Below, in pieces: positions 21,098-29,152 of a stretch of 64,000 nt of DNA. The notes under the pieces are model-generated. The model saw only the letters and a list, made by a program, of their open reading frames with translations. It was not told the origin of the DNA and ran no database searches. The DNA lies in contig JBBTCT010000007.1 of NCBI GenBank assembly GCA_038060895.1, positions 132,023-196,022 on the forward strand, in the 5' to 3' direction. Every line of letters begins with the position of its first letter. Position 1 is the stretch's first letter. Origin of the DNA: Planctomycetota bacterium. Its GTDB lineage: Bacteria > Planctomycetota > MHYJ01 > WSZJ01. A program made the translations under genes and the position numbers.

Positions 21098-21541
21098 ATG
21101 ATGGCGGCGAACGTGCTCGATTTCGACAAGGTCAAGGAGTTCCTCGGCAAGCATCTGACAAACATCTCCGAAGCCTCAAAGGTGAAGTTTCGCGAGATCC
21201 AGAAGGCCGTGAAAAGTGAATTCGGCCAGGGGCTCTTCATGCCGAAGCTATCAGAATTGATCAAGTCAGTCCGTCCGGATCTCTCGAAGCCGGCGCGCAA
21301 GAAGGCAAAGCGGGGGCGGAAAGCCGGGAAGCGCGGGCCGGGACGGCCGCCGGGCGTGCGGCGCGCTTCGGGGTCGGGCACGTTCCTCGTGAAGCTGGGG
21401 CGCAAGCTGTCGCTGGCGAAGTCGAAGGACCGGGTGCAGGCGATCATCGACAAGATGGTGGCGGGCGGTCAGAGCCTCGGAAGGCTGAAAGTGTTCGCGC
21501 TGTCCCGGGTCGGTGTTTCGACGCGAGTCACGATCGAGTAA
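21098..21541 (+). CDS. Small basic protein with an AT-hook-like segment (candidate nucleoid-associated protein)
   Basis: AAGGAGG RBS; KPARKKAKRGRKAGKRGPGRPPG; own terminator. Confidence 0.75.
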   Translation: MMAANVLDFDKVKEFLGKHLTNISEASKVKFREIQKAVKSEFGQGLFMPKLSELIKSVRPDLSKPARKKAKRGRKAGKRGPGRPPGVRRASGSGTFLVKLGRKLSLAKSKDRVQAIIDKMVAGGQSLGRLKVFALSRVGVSTRVTIE

Positions 21542-21555
21542 GCGGAGCAAATCGA

Positions 21556-21590
21556 AGCGGGGTCCCGGTCATTCGGGGCCCCGTTTTTGT
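21556..21590 (+). terminator. Intrinsic terminator
   Basis: aagcggggtcccg-gtcatt-cggggccccgtttttgtt. Confidence 0.75.
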
Positions 21591-21620
21591 TGGCAGGCAC
21601 GTGCGGGGCGACTCGCAACC

Positions 21621-21649
21621 TTGACGCTTCGATTTCCCCCCGCTATCCT
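21621..21649 (+). promoter_or_regulatory. Sigma70-type promoter of tRNA-Ala
   Basis: TTGACG-N17-TATCCT upstream of the tRNA. Confidence 0.7.
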
Positions 21650-21674
21650 CCCGCCTCCTTCGGCGCTCCCGGAC

Positions 21675-21747
<73 letters not shown>

Positions 21748-21854
21748 TTCAGGTGCGCCGAAGGGGGATGGATCGTTCGGCGGGCCCCGGTCGATTCGTA
21801 CCCTCGGCCCCTGGCCCGGCACGGTTTTCTTGCGATTCTGACGGATGAAAGGAA

Positions 21855-21884
21855 TTGACTCCGGGCTGTCGCGCGGGGTACAAA
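21855..21884 (+). promoter_or_regulatory. Possible sigma70 promoter for the coiled-coil/actin pair
   Basis: TTGACT-N18-TACAAA about 30 nt before the ATG at 21916. Confidence 0.4.
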
Positions 21885-21915
21885 AGTTCTTCCTATCCCC
21901 GGGAGATCCCAAGGT

Positions 21916-22734
21916 ATGTGGATCGTCAAGAACGTCCTGCGCGGCTCGATCATGATCGAAGACCTCAAGGTCAAGATCCCCGCCAAGGACTATTTCGACC
22001 TCGACAAAATCGGCCGGGAACGGGCCGAGCAGTCCCGCCAGCTCAAGCTGGCGATGGAGGAAGGGTACCTCCAGAACGTGAAGAAATCCGAGCCCGGCTC
22101 CAACGAAGCGGTGCTGGTGAAGGAAGAGACGCGGAGCGAGATCAAGACTCGGATCGAGGAACTCCGCCAGGTCATCCTGAAGTCGCCCGACAAGGACACG
22201 GTGATCAAGGCGCTCAACGAGCTCCGGACCGTGCTCGCGGGCTCGAAGGACGTCGAGCAGATCCGCTCCGATTTCGACGACCTGAAAAAGATGATCCAGA
22301 CGATGGACGGCGACAACGGCTGGCTCAAGAAGGAATTCGACAAGCTCCGCGCGACCTTCTTCGACAAGGAGAAGGACGAAAAGACCCTGATGAAGCGGGA
22401 AGTTCTGGAGCTGCGCAAGGCGGTGCTCGACGAGCGCCAGCGGTCCCAGGTCGTCCTCACCCAGTTCAACGAGTTCCGTGACACGCTTCTCAAGGAGTTC
22501 AAAGGCCTTCTCAGCGGCATGATCGCCGCAGGCCCGAGAATGTCGATGGGCGAAGGCGGAGACAGCGGGGCAGCGGAACGGGTGCGCCTCACCGAAGTTG
22601 AAATCAAGGCGCGCCTCAAGCTGCTCGAGTCCAAGGAAAACGAACTCACGGCAAACTTCGAGAAGATCGGCAAGGAAACCCAGGGCACGGGCGACGCTGG
22701 CGGAATGGCCGACCTGCTCGGCGGAATCGACTAA
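21916..22734 (+). CDS. Coiled-coil protein with a small N-terminal beta domain
   Basis: Long E/K/L/R-rich heptad pattern from about residue 65 to 255; strongly biased codon usage. Confidence 0.85.
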   Translation: MWIVKNVLRGSIMIEDLKVKIPAKDYFDLDKIGRERAEQSRQLKLAMEEGYLQNVKKSEPGSNEAVLVKEETRSEIKTRIEELRQVILKSPDKDTVIKALNELRTVLAGSKDVEQIRSDFDDLKKMIQTMDGDNGWLKKEFDKLRATFFDKEKDEKTLMKREVLELRKAVLDERQRSQVVLTQFNEFRDTLLKEFKGLLSGMIAAGPRMSMGEGGDSGAAERVRLTEVEIKARLKLLESKENELTANFEKIGKETQGTGDAGGMADLLGGID

Positions 22735-22812
22735 CTCACAAGGGGCCTCGCGGGGCGGCACGGCCGCTTCGCCGGGCACATTGATCACCATCTGGTAGAA
22801 AGGGGCACGGGA

Positions 22813-23910
22813 ATGTGCGCTAAGGGAGTTGACATCGGGACGTGCTTCCTCGTGGGAGCGGAGCTCAAGGACGGCAAGGAAGTCTTCACGATGGAACGTG
22901 ACGCGTTCTTCTCGATGCCCAACGAGGACTTCGCGGAAGACATGCTCACGAAGGCGGGCGCCTTCTACATCATCAAGGGCGAGCAGATCTACGTCGTCGG
23001 CGAAGACGCTCTCAAGTTCTCGATGGTGACAGGAAACCAGAAGGACTATCGCCGCCCGATGGCCAAGGGCGTGTTGAACCCCGGCGAAGAAGAGGCCATC
23101 AGCATGATGGAAGTTCTTCTCGAAGCCGTGGTGGGCAAGCCGAGTTACCCGGGCGAAGTCATCTGCGCGACGATGCCCGCGAACCCGGTCGATGCGGACT
23201 TTGACGTGACCTTCCACCGCATGGTTCTCGAGCGGTTCCTCAAGAAGCTCGGGTACGACGTCAAGTGCATCAACGAAGCGATGTGCATCATCTACAGCGA
23301 AAACCCGACCGTGACGATCAACAACGAGGTGCTGCCCTTCACGGGCATCGCGATCTCGTGGGGCGCGGGCATGGTGAACCTCGCGGCGTCCTGGCGCGCG
23401 AAGAAGCTTCTCGAGTTCAGCTGCGGCCGTTCGGGCGACTGGATCGACCGGCAGGTTGCGAAGGTGAGGAGCGTGCCGGTGTCGAAGGTGCAGAGCCACA
23501 AGGAGAAGTACCTGAACTTCGACCGCATCGACCCGACGGACCAGATCATGGTCGCGCTCGAGATTTACTACGAGGACCTGATCCGCTACGTCATCACCAG
23601 CATCGGCCAGCAGTTGAAGGCGGCCAATGCGACGATCGACGAGCCGGTCGAGATCGTGATCGCGGGCGGCACGAGCAAGCCCCCGGGGTTCGTGGACCGG
23701 TTCAAGTCCGTTCTTCGCGAACTCGGCCTGCCGATTCCGGTGAAGGGCGTGCGTCATGCGAAGGACCCGCTGAAGGCGGTTGCGGCGGGCGCTCTGATTG
23801 CGGCGATTTCGGAAGAGAAGAAGCGCAAGGCGAATGCAGCGGCGGGCGGCGACGCTCCTGCGGCGGCGCCGGCGGCTGGCAAGAAGGGCGGAGTGCCGCT
23901 GATCAGCTAG
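22813..23910 (+). CDS. Actin-superfamily ATPase, volactin-like
   Basis: Phosphate-1 GVDIGT; YVVGEDA; RRPMAKGVL; connect-1 INEA; phosphate-2 ISWGAGMVN; GDWID; adenosine IAGGTS; connect-2 DPLKAVAAGA. Confidence 0.85.
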   Translation: MCAKGVDIGTCFLVGAELKDGKEVFTMERDAFFSMPNEDFAEDMLTKAGAFYIIKGEQIYVVGEDALKFSMVTGNQKDYRRPMAKGVLNPGEEEAISMMEVLLEAVVGKPSYPGEVICATMPANPVDADFDVTFHRMVLERFLKKLGYDVKCINEAMCIIYSENPTVTINNEVLPFTGIAISWGAGMVNLAASWRAKKLLEFSCGRSGDWIDRQVAKVRSVPVSKVQSHKEKYLNFDRIDPTDQIMVALEIYYEDLIRYVITSIGQQLKAANATIDEPVEIVIAGGTSKPPGFVDRFKSVLRELGLPIPVKGVRHAKDPLKAVAAGALIAAISEEKKRKANAAAGGDAPAAAPAAGKKGGVPLIS

Positions 23911-23928
23911 TTTGGATACGAGTTATCG

Positions 23929-23964
23929 GAGCCGGGGGCGAGAAATCGTCCCCGGCTTTTTTTG
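23929..23964 (+). terminator. Intrinsic terminator after the actin-like gene
   Basis: agccgggggcga-gaaa-tcgtccccggct followed by a T-run. Confidence 0.85.
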
Positions 23965-23971
23965 TAATCGT

Positions 23972-24160
23972 GCGGAGGCTGGCGAAGGCTGGCATAGGCT
24001 GCGGACGCTGGCGGAGGCTAACGACCATTGGAGCGAAGCCACCCCAGCGATAATGGCGGGCGGGCCGAGCACGGGCCCACAACGGCTCAGCGCAGCGCGT
24101 TGTTGCAACTAAGCCTCCGCCAGCCTCTGCCAGCGTTCGCCAGCCTTCGCCAGCCTCCGT
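23972..24160. repeat. Palindrome with arms of about five degenerate 10-mers (GGCGRAGGCT / AGCCTYCGCC)
   Basis: gcggaggct ggcgaaggct ggcataggct ... versus aagcctccgc cagcctctgc cagcgttcgc cagccttcgc cagcctccgt. Confidence 0.8.
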
Positions 24161-24173
24161 ACAATGCGGGCAG

Positions 24174-25178
24174 ATGCGCCGCCGAATCATCGCCTCTCTT
24201 TCCGTGATCCTGGCTCTCGCCCTCCTCGCCTTCCTCGCTTCCCGCCTCGACTGGCCCGCAACCCGGGCGGTGCTCACGCGCAGCGGCCCCGCCGGCCTCG
24301 CCGCGTTCGCCGCATGGTCCTTCCTCACCCTCCTTCTCCAGGCCACCGGATGGCACTGCCTGCTCCGCTCCCGGGGATGGCCGATTCCCTTCCACGCCAC
24401 GCTCACTTCGTTCCTCATGGGCAACTCCCTCGCCTACCTCGCCCCCTCGATGTACCTCGGCGGCGAACCTCTCCGCATCTGGCACATCAGCCGCCGCTTC
24501 GGCCTCCCGTCGCGCGAAGTCGCCGCGACCGTCATCTCGAACAAGTTCGCGGAGTTCGCCGGGTTCATGGTGGCGGTCCTCGTCTGCACCGCGACCATGG
24601 TGTGGCGCTTCGACCTGTCGTCATCCTTGAAGTGGGGAGCGACGACGGTGGCGGCTGGCCTGCTGGTGGCGTTCGTCGTCGTGCTTGCCGCGTTCGTCGG
24701 CCGCTGGCCGCTGGCATCCGGGATGCTGCGAATCCTCGGAAAGCGCGGGGAACGCGTGCGCCGGTGGGCGGAAGACACGGAAGGCCAGGTCCAGGAGACC
24801 TTCCGTCACCACGGCGGCGCGTTCGGAGCGGCAATCCTCCTGACCGGCGGACCTCTCGCGATGGTCGTGCTCAAGCCGCTCATCTTCTTTCACTTCACGG
24901 GCCACCAGACGAGCTTTCCTGACCTCGCACTCATCTTCGTCATGACCCAGATCGTCCTCGCCTTCCACGTCACGCCCGGTGGCCTGGGTGTCTTCGAAGG
25001 GGGCGTGATCTGGACGTTTTCGCTGATCGGCATCAGCGCGCCGGAAGCCGCGGCCTACGCGGCGACGCAGCGGCTGACGGACGCGGTCATTGTCGGGCTC
25101 GGAGTCGCGCTCGCGGCCAGGGAAGGCGCGACCGGCTTTTTCAGGGGCAGGCAACCCGCCGAAGAAAAGCCGGCCTAG
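24174..25178 (+). CDS. Lysylphosphatidylglycerol synthase TM-region / flippase-like protein (UPF0104)
   Basis: APSMYLGGEPLR, TPGGLGVFEGG, multiple TMs. Confidence 0.85.
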   Translation: MRRRIIASLSVILALALLAFLASRLDWPATRAVLTRSGPAGLAAFAAWSFLTLLLQATGWHCLLRSRGWPIPFHATLTSFLMGNSLAYLAPSMYLGGEPLRIWHISRRFGLPSREVAATVISNKFAEFAGFMVAVLVCTATMVWRFDLSSSLKWGATTVAAGLLVAFVVVLAAFVGRWPLASGMLRILGKRGERVRRWAEDTEGQVQETFRHHGGAFGAAILLTGGPLAMVVLKPLIFFHFTGHQTSFPDLALIFVMTQIVLAFHVTPGGLGVFEGGVIWTFSLIGISAPEAAAYAATQRLTDAVIVGLGVALAAREGATGFFRGRQPAEEKPA

Positions 25179-26167
25179 ATTCCCTTCCCGATGTAGGCCT
25201 TCCGCGTGGCGATCAAGGCTGCGACTCCGAGAACGAAGACCGGGATGATCACGATCCCGATCCACGCTCCCCAGAGGGGCGGCGCCGTTTCGAGCGAACC
25301 CTGGAAGAAGGCCGGAACCGGTTCCATGAGCCGGAGAGAGGCGGCGCGGACGAATTTCGACATCACCCAGAGGTTAACGGGAGTTCGGCCGACAAAAACT
25401 TCGAAGATGACGCCGTAGACCATCGCGAGGATGTAGGGACGGTTGAAGACGACGCCGATGGAGAAAAAGAAGGTCGCGTACTGCAGGACACCGAGAGCCG
25501 TTGCGAGAAGCGCAGTGCCGAGGTCGCGCGGAAGCGCCGTGTGGCGCCGGCTCGGCATTTCCTTTTTGACCTCGTTGAATTTCTGAATCTGCCCTGCTCC
25601 GGGCGGCGCGGACTCGACGCCGCCCGGCGGGCGGTTTTCACCCGGTTTGCGCGCGGCATCGCCGGTCCTCGCCGGGGGAGTCGGCTCATACGTCGTGACC
25701 GTGTAAGGTTTCACCTGGGCCAGCGCCATCGGCCACGCCACGAGCACCGGCACCTCCGCGAGAATCATCAGAGGAATCAGCATCCCCAGCCACTTCCCTG
25801 CCACGATCAGCGGGCGTGGCGTCGGGCGTGCGAAGAGGTACAGGACGGTCCCGTCCTCGACGTCCGACGAAAATGCGGGGATGGCGCCGAGGAGGGCGAT
25901 GAACAGGATCGCGCCCTGCAGGTAGATCTGGTCGAAGAGCTGGAGGAAGGGGTGGACCATCGCGCCCTTCTCGAGGAAGACGAAAATCGAAAGAAGGCCG
26001 GGGAAGGCCGCGCCCGAGAGCAGGATGACCCACTTGCGCGGCCCTGTCAGGAACTGGCGCGCGGAGATCCGCGCGGCCCAGAGGAGGCCACCGAGAGGGT
26101 TCAGTGCCGACGCGGGGGGCGCTGGCGGCGCGGCGGGCACGGCGATGGGGGCCGGGTAGCTGCTCAT
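25175..26167 (-). CDS. ABC-2 type permease
   Basis: DVEDGTVLYLFARPTPRPLIVAGKW motif; TMs; start overlaps the ATPase stop (TAATG). Confidence 0.8.
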   Translation of the reverse strand: MSSYPAPIAVPAAPPAPPASALNPLGGLLWAARISARQFLTGPRKWVILLSGAAFPGLLSIFVFLEKGAMVHPFLQLFDQIYLQGAILFIALLGAIPAFSSDVEDGTVLYLFARPTPRPLIVAGKWLGMLIPLMILAEVPVLVAWPMALAQVKPYTVTTYEPTPPARTGDAARKPGENRPPGGVESAPPGAGQIQKFNEVKKEMPSRRHTALPRDLGTALLATALGVLQYATFFFSIGVVFNRPYILAMVYGVIFEVFVGRTPVNLWVMSKFVRAASLRLMEPVPAFFQGSLETAPPLWGAWIGIVIIPVFVLGVAALIATRKAYIGKGI

Positions 26168-27090
26168 TAATGTTCCGTGAGGTAGCGAAAAACGGCGTCG
26201 AGGTTGTCGTCGGGGCTGCGGAGCTCCTCGACGGGGATGCCGGACTCGAGAACGAGTTGAGGAAGGCGGCCGTAGAACTCTTCGGGCTTCGGCGTGCGGA
26301 CCGTGACCGCGCCGTCGCCGATGGACATTTCCGAGACGTCCTTGTCGCGCGCCAGGAGCGCCGCGAGATCGCGGGCGCGCGGCGTGCGCATCTCGATCGA
26401 ATGCGGGTGGCGGTCGATCATGCCGCGGATCTCGTGGACGTTGCCCGCCGCCATCACGCGGCCCTTGTGCATCATCACGATGTTGGGCGTCATCGCCTCT
26501 ACCTCGTGCAGGACGTGGCTCGAGATGATCACGGATCGCCCCTCGCGTCCCACTTCCTTGACCAGGTCGATGATGTCCCGCCGGATCAGCGGGTCCGCGC
26601 CATTCAGCGGCTCGTCGAGCACCAGCAGTTCCGGGTCGTGCGCCAGCGCCTGCGCGAGCTTCAGTCGCTGCCGCATTCCTTTCGAATAACCATAAATCTT
26701 CCGGTCCGCGAACTCGGCGCCCTTCACCCGGTCCAGCGCGGCACCTGCGCGGCGCCGGCGTTCCGAAGCGCCCAGGCCGTGGATTCCCAGAAGCGCTTCC
26801 ACGAACTCGCGCCCGGTCATGAATTCGAAGAAGTTGTCGTGGTCGGGGCAGTAGCCGACGCGGCGGAAGAGCGAAGGGTCGCCGAAGGCGTGGGCGCCGA
26901 AGACGAGGGCGGCGCCGCGCGAGGGGGGCATGGAGCCGGTCACGAGGCGAAGCATGGTGGTTTTGCCGGCGCCATTGGGCCCGAGGAGGCCGACGACCCC
27001 CGGATTCACGGCGAGGGTGACGTCGCGAAGAGCGACGACCTGGCCGTACCAGCGGGTCACGCCGCGGAAATCGAGGAGAAGGCCGCTCAT
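26167..27090 (-). CDS. ABC-2 type ATP-binding protein
   Basis: GPNGAGKTT, YSKGMRQR, LVLDEP, SSHVL. Confidence 0.95.
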   Translation of the reverse strand: MSGLLLDFRGVTRWYGQVVALRDVTLAVNPGVVGLLGPNGAGKTTMLRLVTGSMPPSRGAALVFGAHAFGDPSLFRRVGYCPDHDNFFEFMTGREFVEALLGIHGLGASERRRRAGAALDRVKGAEFADRKIYGYSKGMRQRLKLAQALAHDPELLVLDEPLNGADPLIRRDIIDLVKEVGREGRSVIISSHVLHEVEAMTPNIVMMHKGRVMAAGNVHEIRGMIDRHPHSIEMRTPRARDLAALLARDKDVSEMSIGDGAVTVRTPKPEEFYGRLPQLVLESGIPVEELRSPDDNLDAVFRYLTEH

Positions 27091-27968
27091 GAGCGCCGCT
27101 CCGCGTTGGCGATGCGCCAGATGACGATCGAGAGGCCGATAATGAAGACTCCGGCAAGGATGCCCGCGGAATACCAGGCGCTGTACGGCGTCTCAAGCGA
27201 CTGCTTCATCGCTTCGTCCATCCCATCCAGTTTCATCTGGGTCGGCGCCGCGGGCAGGATTTCCTTCGCAACGCGGAAGACGTTGCTCGAGATCGAGAGG
27301 AGGTAGCCCCACTTGAGCTTCGCGGCGGCGGAGAGAATCGAGGAGACCGACTCGAGGACGAGGTAGAGGACCACCCACCCGGTGCCGGCGAGAAAGGTCC
27401 GCTTCGTGCAGGAGCTGAACGCCATCACCACGGCGATTCCCGGCAGGGCTGCGATCGGGGCGCAGGCCATGAGGCCGAGGAAGAGTTTGCACGAGTAGGC
27501 CGTGGTCGCGAGGTCGCCGAGGCTGTACAGCCCGAGTCCGGCGGCGAGCATCGGGGCGAGAAGGAGAGGAAGGAAGAGGAACACGGCTGCGGTCATCGCC
27601 TTGCCGAGCACGTAATCGGTGCGATGAATCGACTTCGAGAAATACATCAGCAGCGCGTTGTGCTTGACGTCGTTGGCGATCAGGCCGCTTCCGACGACGG
27701 GCATGATGAGGAGAAAGGTCCATGTCATGGAGCTGCTGAGGGCGGCGCTGACCACGAAGGCGGGGTCAGAGAGGGCGGGCATCATCATGCCGATGAAGGC
27801 GTTGGGAAGGGAGAAGAGCATGGCGATGCCGCCGCAGATGAGCAGGGCGACGGGGCTGCGGCGCCAGGTGTTGATGACGCCGGTCCAGGTGATGGCGAGG
27901 AAGCGGAAAGGCCGGGGCTGGAGGGTCCCGGTCCACGGCTGGTAGGTCTGGTCGAAGAGGCCGCTCAT
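27087..27968 (-). CDS. ABC-2 type permease
   Basis: LIANDVKHNALLMYFSKSIHRTDYVLGK motif; TMs. Confidence 0.85.
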   Translation of the reverse strand: MSGLFDQTYQPWTGTLQPRPFRFLAITWTGVINTWRRSPVALLICGGIAMLFSLPNAFIGMMMPALSDPAFVVSAALSSSMTWTFLLIMPVVGSGLIANDVKHNALLMYFSKSIHRTDYVLGKAMTAAVFLFLPLLLAPMLAAGLGLYSLGDLATTAYSCKLFLGLMACAPIAALPGIAVVMAFSSCTKRTFLAGTGWVVLYLVLESVSSILSAAAKLKWGYLLSISSNVFRVAKEILPAAPTQMKLDGMDEAMKQSLETPYSAWYSAGILAGVFIIGLSIVIWRIANAERRS

Positions 27969-28957
27969 TTATCGGCGGCCTCGATGAGACCGGCGAAGAC
28001 GTCCTCCAGGTTTTTCTCGGCGGGCGCCATGTGGCGGACCTGGGTGCCGGTGGAAGCGGCGGCGCGGAGGACGGGCTGGGTTTCCTTGAGATCGGAGAGG
28101 GGGATGAGGAGGCGGTCCGTCTCCATGGTGTCGCGTGGGGCCATTCCCAGGGAGCGGAGAGCTTCGCGGAAACGGATTCCATCGCCGCGGAAGCGGATCT
28201 CGAGGGCCTTCTCGGCGTTACCGACGATGTCGCGGATCGGGCCGGAGGCGACGAGGCGGCCGCGGTGGAGGACGATGAGCTCGTCGCAGACGGTCTCGAC
28301 GTCGTGGAGGATGTGGCTGGAGAGAACGACGTTGATGCCCTTCTTCCGGGAGATCTCGCGGATGAGGGCGAGCATCTCGTCGCGGCCTCGCGGATCGAGG
28401 CCGTTGGTGGGTTCGTCGAGAAAAAGCAGCCTGGGGTGGTGGACGAGGGCTTGCGCAAGCTTGACGCGCTGCAGCATGCCCGTCGAATAGGTGTCGATGT
28501 CGCGATAACGCGCTTCGCCGAGGTCGAGCGCGTGAAGGACGTCGTGCGAACGGGCGAGCGCGTCTCCTGCGGACATCCCGACGAGCCGGCCGGCGAACGC
28601 GACGTACTGGACGGCGTTCATGCGCGGAATCATGCAGTCGCTTTCGGGCATGAAGCCGGTGATCTGGCGGATGCGCAGGGCCTGGCTGCGGGAGTCGAGA
28701 CCGAGGGCGGAAGCGCGGCCGGAGGTAGGGTCGATGAGTCCGAGGAGGATTTTGATCAGGGTGGACTTGCCGGAGCCGTTAGGGCCGAGGAGGCCGATGG
28801 CGCGCGCCCTGGGCGGCTGCACGAGATCCTCTCCGCCGACCAGGCCGGCGACGTGGGGAGATTCCGCTGCCGCGACGGAGAGAGAAACGCTCTGCAGCGC
28901 CTGGACGCGGCCGTAGGTTTTGACGAGGGAATCGACGGCGAGGAGGGATTCGGGCAT
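27965..28957 (-). CDS. ABC-2 type ATP-binding protein
   Basis: GPNGSGKST, YSTGMLQR, LFLDEPTNGLD, SSHIL. Confidence 0.95.
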   Translation of the reverse strand: MPESLLAVDSLVKTYGRVQALQSVSLSVAAAESPHVAGLVGGEDLVQPPRARAIGLLGPNGSGKSTLIKILLGLIDPTSGRASALGLDSRSQALRIRQITGFMPESDCMIPRMNAVQYVAFAGRLVGMSAGDALARSHDVLHALDLGEARYRDIDTYSTGMLQRVKLAQALVHHPRLLFLDEPTNGLDPRGRDEMLALIREISRKKGINVVLSSHILHDVETVCDELIVLHRGRLVASGPIRDIVGNAEKALEIRFRGDGIRFREALRSLGMAPRDTMETDRLLIPLSDLKETQPVLRAAASTGTQVRHMAPAEKNLEDVFAGLIEAADK

Positions 28958-29027
28958 GGAGTGGTGGCGTACCGTATCCGAGGTTGGGGATGGAGCAAAG
29001 AGGTAGAGGGGTGGGCGAAGCTTTAGG

Positions 29028-29150
29028 GGAAAAACGGCCACGGCAAATCCGAATTCCAACCCCAACCCCAAATCCCAAAGAGCCCCGTTTCAAAGACGTT
29101 ATGGGGTTGGAGTTGGGGTTGGGATTTGGAGTTGCCCTGGACGTTTTTCC
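29028..29150. repeat. Palindrome with hexamer-repeat arms (CCCAAC / GTTGGG)
   Basis: ggaaaaacg...aattccaaccccaaccccaaatccc versus ggggttggagttggggttgggatttggagttgcc...cgtttttcc. Confidence 0.8.
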
Positions 29151-29152
29151 GC

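Noticed and set aside
22813-23910. Labelling the actin-like gene mreB, ftsA or mamK
   Set aside because: Lacks MreB signatures (DLGTAN, IEEP.AAA.G, DIGGGT) and the expected operon context
23972-24160. Repeat arrays as possible CRISPR
   Set aside because: Units are 4-10 bp tandem repeats in inverted arrangement with no unique spacers; no cas genes in the window
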